Shown piece after piece: positions 31,126 through 39,828 of a stretch of 64,000 nucleotides of DNA. The notes under the pieces are model-generated. The model made no database searches. It was not told where the DNA came from and was given only the letters and a program-made list of their open reading frames with translations. How positions within the stretch are numbered: position 1 is the stretch's first letter; each line of letters opens with the position of its first letter. The stretch spans positions 1 through 64,000 of the IMG/VR virus record IMGVR_UViG_3300043788_000049; one strand, written 5' to 3'. Origin of the DNA: a virus. A program made the position numbers and the translations under genes.

Positions 31126-31854
31126 TCACCGCTCGTCAGGTTTACCTTTCGGATCAGAGGCTTGCTCGATTGGACTGCTACCTTCGCTAGGTAGAGCCTT
31201 CCCCTCGATCATCGGCGGGCCGGACTGCATCGCTGCGGCTTGTCGGATGAGGAACGCCACCTTCCGAGCCGCCTCGATCGAGGTCGAGACGCCAACGTTG
31301 AGCTGGTTGACTGTGACATTGGTTGGCGGTGGCTTGTCGTCAGCGAACGCGCCGGTGATTTTGAGAATGTCTACAAGGGCTTGGCGTTGGTCGTGCAGTT
31401 CGATGCGCGCGTGGCCGAACTTCGCGATGATGCCCTTGATGCTGGCTGCAGTTGCGGCGCTCATCTTCGAGCTGGGCGTCATCCGGACGTCTTCCTCGTA
31501 GCCCGTGACCTCGCCATCTGCATTGACGATCGCGCGCCTATCCCATTGAGCGATCTCGCGAATGTCCGTGAATGCGATGGCTTCCAGGCGAGCCAATGCG
31601 CGTTGCTGCAGGTCGCCCGCTTTCGCTTGGCGGCGCACAAACCTGCGAGTTTGGGCTTTTACTCGGTCATCGAGGAGCTTTTGGACCTGAGCGGCGATGT
31701 CAGGTCGGTGTCTGCGGTGCCAAGCTTCTTGCTTGTTGTCGGAGAAGCCAGCGAGCCTATGGGCCTCGGCGAGTTTGTGGCCTTCAGCGATAGCGGCGGC
31801 GAAGGCGTGGTCACGCGGAGAGAGAGAGGCTCTTTTTTTTTGGTTTAAGGGCAT
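31126..31854 (-). CDS. terS: Terminase small subunit
   Basis: F...AEAHRLAGF HTH, RPDIAAQV, LEAIAFTDIREI, AASIKGI, IELHD...AL. Confidence 0.75.
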   Translation of the reverse strand: MPLNQKKRASLSPRDHAFAAAIAEGHKLAEAHRLAGFSDNKQEAWHRRHRPDIAAQVQKLLDDRVKAQTRRFVRRQAKAGDLQQRALARLEAIAFTDIREIAQWDRRAIVNADGEVTGYEEDVRMTPSSKMSAATAASIKGIIAKFGHARIELHDQRQALVDILKITGAFADDKPPPTNVTVNQLNVGVSTSIEAARKVAFLIRQAAAMQSGPPMIEGKALPSEGSSPIEQASDPKGKPDER

Positions 31855-31990
31855 TTGGGGGAGGATATGTGTTTGTTGCCAGCAAGCCAAGGTGCGGCGG
31901 TTGCGGCGAAGTTGGGTTTGGGTTTAATGGCCCAACGCCTTATCAGAGGCGAGCGGTGGCAGGCAAAGGGGAAGTGGGAGGTAGGAGAGG

Positions 31991-32200
31991 ATGTCGGAAC
32001 GAGAATGGCCGCTGGTGAGGCTTGAAGGGGCGAGAAAGCCTCATTGTTTTCATCGTGAGGGGGAATGGATTTGTATCCAGCCCACAAAGCGCATCGGTTC
32101 TGGTGAACCAAAGGTCGTAGCCGTGAAAGGAACCGTGCGTGATTTGGCGTTTGCGTGGCGAATGGTCGTCACAAGAGCGAAAGCATTGGGATTGGAGTGA
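31991..32200 (+). CDS. Hypothetical protein
   Basis: Strong purine-rich SD before ATG. Confidence 0.45.
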   Translation: MSEREWPLVRLEGARKPHCFHREGEWICIQPTKRIGSGEPKVVAVKGTVRDLAFAWRMVVTRAKALGLE

Positions 32201-32203
32201 GGC

Positions 32204-32680
32204 GTGATGGCTGAGACGAGAGAAGCGGTTCTGGAGGCTTCCAATGGCGATGGTGGCTATGATGAGGAAGTCATTGTGGCCAAGGATGCGGCGAATGCGG
32301 CTGGGTTTGACCATGTAGGCGCATATTGCGGGACGAAGATGATGGCTGCGGCTATTGCGGCGCTGGATGCACATCGAAAGGCTAAGCGTGAACCAAAGGC
32401 TTCTGAGGCCAGCGTAGCGATGAGGGTTGGAAGCGCGGTTAAGGCCGAATGGGAGCGGTTCATGATGGGTCCGGACGGCGATGATGCTGTCAAAGAGACC
32501 CGAGCGCTTGGTCGCGCGGCGTTGGCGGCGCTTCGCGACCCGAATCACGAGATGATCGAGGTTGGCCGAATGGAGTTGGGCACCTGGCAGGATATCCCAG
32601 GGTCCGGATTGACGGTGGCGCGCGAGAAGATGCGGCGAAGATGGAATGCAATGGTCGAATGGGCGATAGCCAGAGGGTGA
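32204..32680 (+). CDS. Hypothetical phage protein (ARAAxxAxRxPxxxM family)
   Basis: GRAALAALRDPNHEMIEVG...WNAMV resembles 27514-27747. Confidence 0.55.
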   Translation: MMAETREAVLEASNGDGGYDEEVIVAKDAANAAGFDHVGAYCGTKMMAAAIAALDAHRKAKREPKASEASVAMRVGSAVKAEWERFMMGPDGDDAVKETRALGRAALAALRDPNHEMIEVGRMELGTWQDIPGSGLTVAREKMRRRWNAMVEWAIARG

Positions 32681-32684
32681 TGAG

Positions 32685-32936
32685 TTACGCCCTCTTGGCG
32701 CGTAGCTCATCAAGGACGTCGAAGAGATTGGGGGGATCGGTGAATGATTGCAAAGTCCAGACCCCGAATCTATTTAATCGCCACGTCCATCCAGCCTGAT
32801 GACCATTGAGCGCGTTTAGCCAAAGCACGCCACCGCGCCGGCGAAGCTGGAAATCAATATTCTTTGGGCAGATAGAGAGGGGTCCTAGCTCATCCTCCGA
32901 CAGATCGCCAACGCCTGGAAGCTTCTCAATGCTCAT
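32685..32936 (-). CDS. Small protein with C-terminal PNLFDxLDELR motif
   Basis: Ends PPNLFDVLDELRAKRA; start overlaps the upstream gene. Confidence 0.7.
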   Translation of the reverse strand: MSIEKLPGVGDLSEDELGPLSICPKNIDFQLRRRGGVLWLNALNGHQAGWTWRLNRFGVWTLQSFTDPPNLFDVLDELRAKRA

Positions 32937-33204
32937 GGGCCCGCAATTCCTCAATGATGTCAAATAGATTGGGGTTTGGGTCCAACCACACCGGACAAAG
33001 CGTGCCGTCGCACCCGTAACGCCACTCGTTCCCCAAAAATATGCGCTGCCATGTAGAGTCTGGATACTTAGAGCGATCTTCCGCCATCAGAGGGCCAAGG
33101 ATGCTCGGATAAGCCAGCCAATCGCCATCTTCCGGCAGCGCATTGACCGCTTCCAGCTCGATCGCCGTCAGCCGCCGCGCGCCTTCTCGAATCATGACGC
33201 TCAT
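32926..33204 (-). CDS. Small protein with the C-terminal motif
   Basis: Ends PNLFDIIEELRAHEH; ATGA coupling. Confidence 0.7.
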   Translation of the reverse strand: MSVMIREGARRLTAIELEAVNALPEDGDWLAYPSILGPLMAEDRSKYPDSTWQRIFLGNEWRYGCDGTLCPVWLDPNPNLFDIIEELRAHEH

Positions 33205-33479
33205 TTGCGCAACTCGTCCAAGATGTCGAAAAGGTTGGGGCCGACCATCGCCCGGAACTCCTCATCGGGGCTTATCTGTTGCCACTGATACGAGTGGCCG
33301 CTCGAACTCACGTTGAGGGCGCAGACGACACTATTCTGGGTATTGCGCAGCCAAATCTTGCCGTCAGCGGCACGCTCTACTGTCCAGTTCACCTTCTTAT
33401 CCAGCGCCCGCAGAGCCTCTAATTCAATCCGCGTTGTGATGAATCTTCCGTCATTTGGTTCAAGTGTGAGGACCGTCAT
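33201..33479 (-). CDS. Small protein with the C-terminal motif
   Basis: Ends GPNLFDILDELRK; ATG at 33479 overlaps the TylF stop. Confidence 0.7.
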   Translation of the reverse strand: MTVLTLEPNDGRFITTRIELEALRALDKKVNWTVERAADGKIWLRNTQNSVVCALNVSSSGHSYQWQQISPDEEFRAMVGPNLFDILDELRK

Positions 33480-34258
33480 TTGCGTAACCAGCGAACCGAG
33501 AAGTCCACATGCGCCAGATAGGGCCTGATCCTCAGCGTTGAGAAGAACTCGTTGCAAGCGTCCCGACATCCTTTGAGGCACCAGTCATCGATAATCACGA
33601 AGCCGCCGGGCACGACCAGATCCCATAGGTGGTCGAACGCGACCTTGTAGCTGTCGTAGAGGTCGCCATCGAGCCGCAGGATTGCGATCGGGCCAACGTA
33701 ATCGACCGGAACTGTGTGCTGGAACCAGCCCTTGTGGATGTGCAGATCGTCCAGCGGATAGCCGATTTGCGCCATCAGCCCGATCACATCGCCCAATTTA
33801 GCATCGCCGAGCGCGCCAGCGGCTTCGAGCGCGCCATCGCAGCGCCCAGGCGGCAATTTCTGCGTTTCGCACGCCCAGATTATGTCGTCCTTGTCGAACC
33901 GAGGCCACGGAATGCCCTCGAAACTGTCAAAAGCGTGCAAAGCCCGGCGGCGAGAGCCAAACTTGAGATTGGCGAGCGCCATCGCGCCCAGAGCTCCGCC
34001 CCGCCAACAGCCCAATTCAACAAATGCGCCCGGTATCGCTTCCTCCTCGCAATAGCGGACCTGATCAATTAATGTCGCAATCCCGTCATACGTGACCATG
34101 GTGTGAAGCTTGATGGCCTCGATGATCGGCCACATGACCGTGTGCTCGTCGCGATAGCCGCGCGACATGAACTGCGAGTGGATCATCGCGTCCCCGATCG
34201 AGATAGCCTGCGATGAGAAACATTGGTCCGATGGGCCAACCCCTGGGTAAATCATCAT
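33476..34258 (-). CDS. TylF/MycF/NovP-family O-methyltransferase
   Basis: PGAFVELGCWRGG, FDSFEG, KGWFQHT, LRLDGDLYDS, PGGFVIIDD, GCRDA. Confidence 0.9.
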   Translation of the reverse strand: MMIYPGVGPSDQCFSSQAISIGDAMIHSQFMSRGYRDEHTVMWPIIEAIKLHTMVTYDGIATLIDQVRYCEEEAIPGAFVELGCWRGGALGAMALANLKFGSRRRALHAFDSFEGIPWPRFDKDDIIWACETQKLPPGRCDGALEAAGALGDAKLGDVIGLMAQIGYPLDDLHIHKGWFQHTVPVDYVGPIAILRLDGDLYDSYKVAFDHLWDLVVPGGFVIIDDWCLKGCRDACNEFFSTLRIRPYLAHVDFSVRWLRK

Positions 34259-34303
34259 GCTTGATCCGGCGAGTTCCGTTGGTTAAGAGGCAGTTTATCA
34301 CAG

Positions 34304-34507
34304 ATGGAGACGCGAGTGGAAACCCCGAGCGACAAATTGGACCGAGCGAAGCGCGATAAGCTGCTCGATATTATCCGGCGAGTGATCGCCAACCCGGAGA
34401 ACGCCAAGGAAGCCGCGGACGAGATCGCGCAAGACTGGTTTCCGATGATCAAGGTTGATGCCCGCGGCGCGATACACTTTCGTGTGGGCTCGGGCCGCAA
34501 ACGATAG
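34304..34507 (+). CDS. Hypothetical protein
   Basis: First of three closely spaced plus-strand genes. Confidence 0.5.
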   Translation: METRVETPSDKLDRAKRDKLLDIIRRVIANPENAKEAADEIAQDWFPMIKVDARGAIHFRVGSGRKR

Positions 34508-34516
34508 GAGCGACCA

Positions 34517-34696
34517 ATGAAGCTGATCCTCGCGTTGTTCGTGGCCCTCGGCCTCTCGGGATGCGCCACGGGCAACTATCCGAGCCAAGACTATAGCTGG
34601 GAGCACCACGAGGACCATGGATGGGACCACCCAGACCATCATGGCGACTGGCGTCATCCGAATCACCGCCGGCTCAAACATCAGGCAAAGCCATGA
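34517..34696 (+). CDS. His-rich lipoprotein (59 aa, not in the ORF track)
   Basis: AGGAG SD; MKLILALFVALGLSG|C lipobox; WEHHEDHGWDHPDHHGDWRH. Confidence 0.7.
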   Translation: MKLILALFVALGLSGCATGNYPSQDYSWEHHEDHGWDHPDHHGDWRHPNHRRLKHQAKP

Positions 34697-34902
34697 GCAT
34701 CATTTCCAGCGTCGATCTGGCCCGCAAGCTCGTCATCATGGCGTCCGGCGAGGAAGTCCCGATCACCAATATGTTCGATCGGCACGGCGAGGAAGTGACC
34801 GACCCGCGCCGCGCCGCGACCGTCGTTGCCGGGCCATGTGAGGCGGGATGGATTGCCACTGTCCTTAGCGAGGAGGAGCGGGAGGAGTTGGAGCCAGCGT
34901 AG
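34693..34902 (+). CDS. Hypothetical protein
   Basis: ATGA overlap; MSIISSVDLARK...PITNMFD. Confidence 0.55.
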   Translation: MSIISSVDLARKLVIMASGEEVPITNMFDRHGEEVTDPRRAATVVAGPCEAGWIATVLSEEEREELEPA

Positions 34903-35173
34903 CGCGCAATTCCTCGATCACGTCAATGATGTTGGGGCCGGGCTCCTCCCACGCCTCAATGATCGGCCATTCCTCCAACTCGGGTTGGCGCAGATCGCGC
35001 GGCAGCCACCTGCCGTTGCTCATCAGAGCCCACACTCCTTGGATATTTCGTAGCATGAGCCCGTGGGCGTGCCGTGAGAGCACAAAATTAAGCGGAAGGT
35101 CTGAGCGCACTCGCTCGACCGCCCGTTCCTCAGCCTCACTCATCGGGAGGCAGTTAGGGTCATATCGGATCAT
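34865..35173 (-). CDS. Small protein with the C-terminal motif
   Basis: GPNIIDVIEELRATL near the C-terminus; ATGA coupling. Confidence 0.65.
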   Translation of the reverse strand: MIRYDPNCLPMSEAEERAVERVRSDLPLNFVLSRHAHGLMLRNIQGVWALMSNGRWLPRDLRQPELEEWPIIEAWEEPGPNIIDVIEELRATLAPTPPAPPR

Positions 35174-35418
35174 CGCCGCGCCCGCAGTTCGTCGAGGAGA
35201 TCGAAGAGGTTGGGGGCGTCTACGGATAAGACGATCCAATGCCCGTCGAGCCCCGTTTCCTTTTCCCATGCCATTCTCGGGAAATGGCCATTTTCATCAA
35301 CTGCGACGAAGGTGGCGAACTCGTAGCGAAACGTGCATATCCACTTGCCACCGCGAGGCAAAAGATCCGCGCCCGTGAAGATGCGCCCATCGGGCGTAAA
35401 GACCGGACTGCTAGCCAT
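35170..35418 (-). CDS. Small protein with the C-terminal motif
   Basis: Ends APNLFDLLDELRARR. Confidence 0.7.
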   Translation of the reverse strand: MASSPVFTPDGRIFTGADLLPRGGKWICTFRYEFATFVAVDENGHFPRMAWEKETGLDGHWIVLSVDAPNLFDLLDELRARR

Positions 35419-35653
35419 CCCGCTTGGCCTCCAGCGCGCGTAGCTCCTCGATCACGTCCACAATGTCAGGGCCGGGAGGGGGCGGGTTCTTCCACGCATC
35501 ATACTGCGCGGTCCAATCGATCCGGAGCGGATAGAGCCAATGAAGCACGAAGCCGAGAAGAAGCCCGAGCCCGAGGATCACGATTGAACCCATCATCACG
35601 ATCGCCAGAAAGCCCAGGGCGATATTCACGACCATGTCGGGATCAATCATCAC
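35411..35653 (-). CDS. Membrane-anchored small protein with the C-terminal motif
   Basis: Long hydrophobic N-terminus; ends GPDIVDVIEELRALEAKRDG; coupled to the VWA stop. Confidence 0.7.
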   Translation of the reverse strand: MMIDPDMVVNIALGFLAIVMMGSIVILGLGLLLGFVLHWLYPLRIDWTAQYDAWKNPPPPGPDIVDVIEELRALEAKRDG

Positions 35654-36807
35654 GCACTCGGGTCCAGATCGAGCAACTTCCCGAACGGCGGCTTGTTCGA
35701 ATAGCCTCCATATCGCACCCAGAGCACCGGACAGCCGGGTTCCTGGCCGAAGCTATGGCAGCACAGGTCGGTCAGATAAACGACGCCAGAGGCCTTGGGA
35801 GCGTGTTCTGCGGTCCATCGGAAGGCCGGAGCGAAATCTGTCCCCCCTCCAGGCTTCGGACACACGTTGATGATGTCGCCGGCCTCGAACTCCAACGTCT
35901 CTTGGACCGCGCAATCGCAGAACCCGACAGTCAGCTTCTCGCACGCGCTCTCATCGAGGAAGCCCTGTAGCTCCGCCATGATCGCGGCCAGGGAGCGCTC
36001 GTCCATCGAGCCCGACGTGTCGACCCAAGCGACGATATGCGAGGGCGCGATCGAGCCCGACCCTGGAAGGATTATCCCGTCGCCATAGTCGCGGCGCGAC
36101 GGGCGCGTCCAATCGGTGTCAACGATGCGTGATTCGTCCGCCCAATCCCGGAATAGCTCCTTCCAGGTGATCGTGGGCTTGTCCAAATCGGCCATCATCT
36201 TGACCAGGGGCGCGGGAATCGAGCCGACGTTCTTGGCGCGCGCCACCGCCATCGCTTGTCGCACCTGCACCTGGGCGCGGCGCTCGGCCTCCTTCATTTC
36301 CGAGGAGGCATAGGGCGGCGCAGCGTCCATCACCCCGCCGCACTTGCCGGGGTCGCTGCCATCGCCCCCCTTGACCTTCTTCGCGTTCTTGACCAGCAGG
36401 TTGTAGACCTGCTCGGTCGACATGCCCTCGTATTTCTGGTCGTAAAGGTGCGGGTTCGGCAGCTTGATGCCAGCGCGCCGCAGATCGGCGTTAATGACGA
36501 AATCGCCGGCAATGTTCCAGATGTCGCCCTGGCGATCGCCGCGGCGCGTGTGGTGGAGATAGCAAACGTGCATCACTTCGTGCGCAAGGACAGCTTCAAG
36601 CTCCTCCATCTTCAGCTTCAGGACGAACGGCGCCCAATAGAACAGGCGCTTGCCATCCGTCGCCATCGTGTCGATGCCAGAGCCCTCGGGGCCCGGATGG
36701 ACCCCCATGTGCATGATCAAGACGGCGAAGAATGGCTGGCTCATCATCAGCCGCGCCCGTGCCTTCAGGATCTTCTTCTCAGCTTCGATCTGGTCTGGAG
36801 TCAGCAT
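35650..36807 (-). CDS. DUF2201-type metallopeptidase plus VWA domain protein (MoxR partner)
   Basis: TMATDG, AHEVMH (HExxH), WNIAGDFVIN, DTSGSM (MIDAS), GGGTDF, YLTD. Confidence 0.9.
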   Translation of the reverse strand: MLTPDQIEAEKKILKARARLMMSQPFFAVLIMHMGVHPGPEGSGIDTMATDGKRLFYWAPFVLKLKMEELEAVLAHEVMHVCYLHHTRRGDRQGDIWNIAGDFVINADLRRAGIKLPNPHLYDQKYEGMSTEQVYNLLVKNAKKVKGGDGSDPGKCGGVMDAAPPYASSEMKEAERRAQVQVRQAMAVARAKNVGSIPAPLVKMMADLDKPTITWKELFRDWADESRIVDTDWTRPSRRDYGDGIILPGSGSIAPSHIVAWVDTSGSMDERSLAAIMAELQGFLDESACEKLTVGFCDCAVQETLEFEAGDIINVCPKPGGGTDFAPAFRWTAEHAPKASGVVYLTDLCCHSFGQEPGCPVLWVRYGGYSNKPPFGKLLDLDPSA

Positions 36808-37238
36808 CAGAAATCTCCATCGGCGATCTGAGCGCAAGGGATTCCAAGCTTGCGCCATACATCCACGACGCGCTTCCTGTCCTCGAAAATCATGATCGGC
36901 TCGAACCCCGCCTCGCGCGCCTCAGCCAGCAACTCGACCTTGACCACGCTATCGTCTCGATAGTCGCCAGCCTTGCGCATGAAAAGGCCATGGATAAGCA
37001 CTCCGTGCTTGGTCAGCCATTCCACTGTGAGTTGCCGGCACTCATCAGAGCGCCCCGAGAGGCACACGACTGGCGCAGGGAGCATCTGCGCCAGATCGAT
37101 CATGTGAGGGATAGGCGCGTCGCCGTCGCACGCAGCGAAGAAGGCCCGCCAATCCTTTGGCTTCTTCTGGATGTGATGCAGCCGATGTGACGGGTCCGAA
37201 AGCGTCCCATCGATGTCGAAAAACCATGCCCGCTTCAT
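36807..37238 (-). CDS. HAD phosphatase (PNKP 3'-phosphatase-like)
   Basis: FDIDGTL, LSGR, D..VK, FEDR..VV. Confidence 0.88.
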   Translation of the reverse strand: MKRAWFFDIDGTLSDPSHRLHHIQKKPKDWRAFFAACDGDAPIPHMIDLAQMLPAPVVCLSGRSDECRQLTVEWLTKHGVLIHGLFMRKAGDYRDDSVVKVELLAEAREAGFEPIMIFEDRKRVVDVWRKLGIPCAQIADGDF

Positions 37239-37249
37239 TTTCTGCCCCC

Positions 37250-38245
37250 CTAGATCGAGATGTCCTGGTTCCGCGTCGCCCACTCGGTGTAGGCCTTGGT
37301 GGTCTTGAGCGAGGGATCGCGCTTGACCGCATCCGTGACCAGCGTCATCTCGAAGTCCTTGGTCAACCGGCCGCCATAGATGAGGATCGCTTCGAAATTT
37401 CCCCGATCCGCCTTGCGGGCCAGAGCGCCAACCACCGCAAATTGGGTGTTTGGAGCCGATGGAACCGCAGCCTTCCTCGGATGCGCGATGATCTCGGCCA
37501 AGGGCGGTAAGGTTTTATACGTCTGAATGAACGCCTCCAGTTCCGACGCCGCGCCCTCGCCAACTAATCCCTCGATCAGCTTTTGCCGAATATCGTCATC
37601 GGCATGGATGACCTTGGCGACCTGGACCCAGGACCGCGGCGACGGGAACGCCCGAACCTCGATGTTCTGCGGGACATTGTGGAGCAAGGCCGGCCGATAG
37701 CGCAGGAAGGCGCAGATGAGCGGTTCGATCAGCGCCTTGTTGGCCCAGGACTGCCAAGCGTCCATGTCCTCCTCGACGTCGATCCAGGCAAAGCGATTCG
37801 CCAAGCCAACCGGCATCTTGTTGACGCCGGAGCGGTCGATCTGCCGATTGCCCGCGGCGACGATCATTGTCCGGGGAGGCAATTTATGCAGGCCGACAGC
37901 CCGATTCCACACCAGTTGGAAAAATGCCGTTTGCACAGAAACGCTTCCCTGAACTAATTCGTCGATGAACAGCATCGTCGGCCTGTCGCCGTAGCTCTCC
38001 AGCTCCGTCAGCCACTTCGGCTTGGCCCAATCGACGCCCGCATCCGCCCGGAAGGGCAGGCCACGAACGTCAACTGATTCGAGCGTCGTCGCGCGCTCCT
38101 CGACCAGCACAGCGCCCAGCTCATCGGCGACCTGATAGACGCCCTCCGACTTGCCGATGCCGTTCTTGCCGGAAATCATCACCGACATCCCAGCCGCGAG
38201 ATAGGCTTTCAGGCACTTCTTAGCCATCGTGACGTTCATAGGCAC
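37250..38245 (-). CDS. MoxR-like AAA+ ATPase
   Basis: GKNGIGKS (Walker A), DVRGLP, LFIDEL (Walker B), AAGNR, LANRF, PSPRSW. Confidence 0.9.
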   Translation of the reverse strand: MPMNVTMAKKCLKAYLAAGMSVMISGKNGIGKSEGVYQVADELGAVLVEERATTLESVDVRGLPFRADAGVDWAKPKWLTELESYGDRPTMLFIDELVQGSVSVQTAFFQLVWNRAVGLHKLPPRTMIVAAGNRQIDRSGVNKMPVGLANRFAWIDVEEDMDAWQSWANKALIEPLICAFLRYRPALLHNVPQNIEVRAFPSPRSWVQVAKVIHADDDIRQKLIEGLVGEGAASELEAFIQTYKTLPPLAEIIAHPRKAAVPSAPNTQFAVVGALARKADRGNFEAILIYGGRLTKDFEMTLVTDAVKRDPSLKTTKAYTEWATRNQDISI

Positions 38246-38308
38246 AACCCCTTTCGTCGAAGCCTAATCGCTTCGGACAGCCGGCGCGAGGCCGGCTCCC
38301 CGCTGCGG

Positions 38309-38536
38309 TCACAGCAGATGCGCCAGCCGATCGTTCAGCTTGCCCGGAGGCAGCGGGCGATCGCTCTCGATCGAAGACGTGCCGTGGGCATAGAAGAAGC
38401 AGCGCGGGTCGATCCTCTCCGCCTCATCGGCCGCAACCCTAACCGCAGCCCTGGCGCGTTCATGGTCGGCGAACGGCCCAAGCAGCCAAGCCGTGCGCTG
38501 GCCGTCCTTCAAGGTGACGTAATAGCCTTTTGCCAT
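38309..38536 (-). CDS. Hypothetical protein
   Basis: AGGGGA SD; MAKGYYVT...LLGPF. Confidence 0.55.
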   Translation of the reverse strand: MAKGYYVTLKDGQRTAWLLGPFADHERARAAVRVAADEAERIDPRCFFYAHGTSSIESDRPLPPGKLNDRLAHLL

Positions 38537-38539
38537 TTG

Positions 38540-38700
38540 GATTTCCCCTTTCCTCACTTTCCCATAAATGAGGCCGTAGAGCCGGTCAAGCGAAATCTGG
38601 CTGTTTCCCCCAATAATATGGGCGTGGGCAGTTGACATGCGCCAGAATATCATATCTAAGGAGCGTGGGGCGATCGTGTCCCAATCGAAAGGGGTTAAAA
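38540..38700. promoter_or_regulatory. Divergent promoter region
   Basis: Minus-strand CTTGAC at about 38586-91 and plus-strand TTGACA at 38632-37; flanking genes diverge from here. Confidence 0.5.
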
Positions 38701-38895
38701 ATGTTAACCATTCACCGCACCGCCCAAGAATGCCAGAACCTCGCCGCTACCTTCGCCAAGGACGCCCTCGAAGCCCAGGAGCGCGGCGACGAAGGGATCG
38801 CCTGGGCCTTCATGGCCAAGTCAGCCTATTACGAGAATGAGGCCCTGGAGCAAATGAAGATCGAAGACCAGATGGCCGAAGCCCTCGCGGCGTGA
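38701..38895 (+). CDS. Hypothetical helical protein
   Basis: AGGGG SD; first gene of the plus-strand arm. Confidence 0.6.
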   Translation: MLTIHRTAQECQNLAATFAKDALEAQERGDEGIAWAFMAKSAYYENEALEQMKIEDQMAEALAA

Positions 38896-38906
38896 AGGAG
38901 GACACC

Positions 38907-38996
38907 ATGAGAATCACACCGATCGAATTAGCTCTGATCCTCGCCCTGGTGGCGCTGGCTGTCACCGTCTCTATCGCAACAACCGCAGGGGTGTGA
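38907..38996 (+). CDS. 29-aa hydrophobic peptide resembling a Flp/type IV pilin alpha1 helix
   Basis: AAGGAGG SD; MRITPIELALILALVALAVTVSIATTAGV. Confidence 0.6.
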   Translation: MRITPIELALILALVALAVTVSIATTAGV

Positions 38997-39007
38997 GAAT
39001 ATTTGGC

Positions 39008-39286
39008 ATGAACCCCCACGCCCAGGCAGTCGAGGCGATCATGGAGGCGGTGGCGGAATATGCGCCGCCGCTGGATAAGCCTGTGGGGTTTCTCCATGAA
39101 TTTCTCGACCGCGCGGCGTTATTGGACTTGGACGGAGCCGAAAACTATTTGCGGTGGTTGCTGAACTTGCCGACGGACACGCCCGGCATTCTCGTGCAAC
39201 ACGGATTCCGGTGGGAACGGGAGCCTAATAAGCGGCGCAGAGAGATCCTCGTGAACTGGCTCCGGCGCGTAAGGTTCATGAAATGA
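39008..39286 (+). CDS. Small protein with N-terminal HxxxVxxI motif
   Basis: MNPHAQAVEAIMEAVAEYAPP. Confidence 0.65.
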   Translation: MNPHAQAVEAIMEAVAEYAPPLDKPVGFLHEFLDRAALLDLDGAENYLRWLLNLPTDTPGILVQHGFRWEREPNKRRREILVNWLRRVRFMK

Positions 39287-39828
39287 CCAAGCGCCACGTC
39301 CACCACATCGACGGCAACCCCAACAACCACGACCTCGCCAATCTGAGGTTGGTAAAGGCGAGCGTTGGCGTGTCGCCGAACTTGAACCCGGTGCCGCTTG
39401 GGAAGCTCTACGGCCGCTCCCCCGGCTCGCTCCCTGCCGACTTCGAAGAAGCGATGGACCGGATTAATTCATTCAACCGTCGCTTCAAAACCCGCCTCGT
39501 GAAGGTGACGCCCCCGCCGGCTAACAAGGAACATGCGGCGGAGGTCCAGAGCATTCTGGAGACGGTGTGCTCGGTGGACTTCGCGCCATCGCCCCAAGGA
39601 TTGCCAGGGATGCCCACTGAGGCTGATTTCGCCTATGCAGCCAGTATGGACAGCGCGGGCCGCGCCCTTGGGCATGTAGGCCGTCTTGCTGCCAATCTCT
39701 GCGGGTATTCAGAGCAAGTATTCGATTGGACTGTTGGCGAGGGACGCGCTTGGCTAGGGGCTACTCGCTCCTTCCGCCGCGATTGGCTCCGAGGCAAGGT
39801 CGAGCGCGCCTTGAGGGCCCGCCGATGA
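39283..39828 (+). CDS. HNH-remnant N-terminus fused to a motif-bearing domain
   Basis: VHHIDGNPNNHDLANL, then internal EHAAEVQSILETV. Confidence 0.6.
   Translation: MTKRHVHHIDGNPNNHDLANLRLVKASVGVSPNLNPVPLGKLYGRSPGSLPADFEEAMDRINSFNRRFKTRLVKVTPPPANKEHAAEVQSILETVCSVDFAPSPQGLPGMPTEADFAYAASMDSAGRALGHVGRLAANLCGYSEQVFDWTVGEGRAWLGATRSFRRDWLRGKVERALRARR

Noticed and set aside
32685-35480. C-terminal motif as a DNA recombination site (attC-like cassette array)
   Set aside because: Variation is concentrated at synonymous positions, there is no palindromic structure, and no integrase is present. A role as a recombination microhomology cannot be fully excluded.
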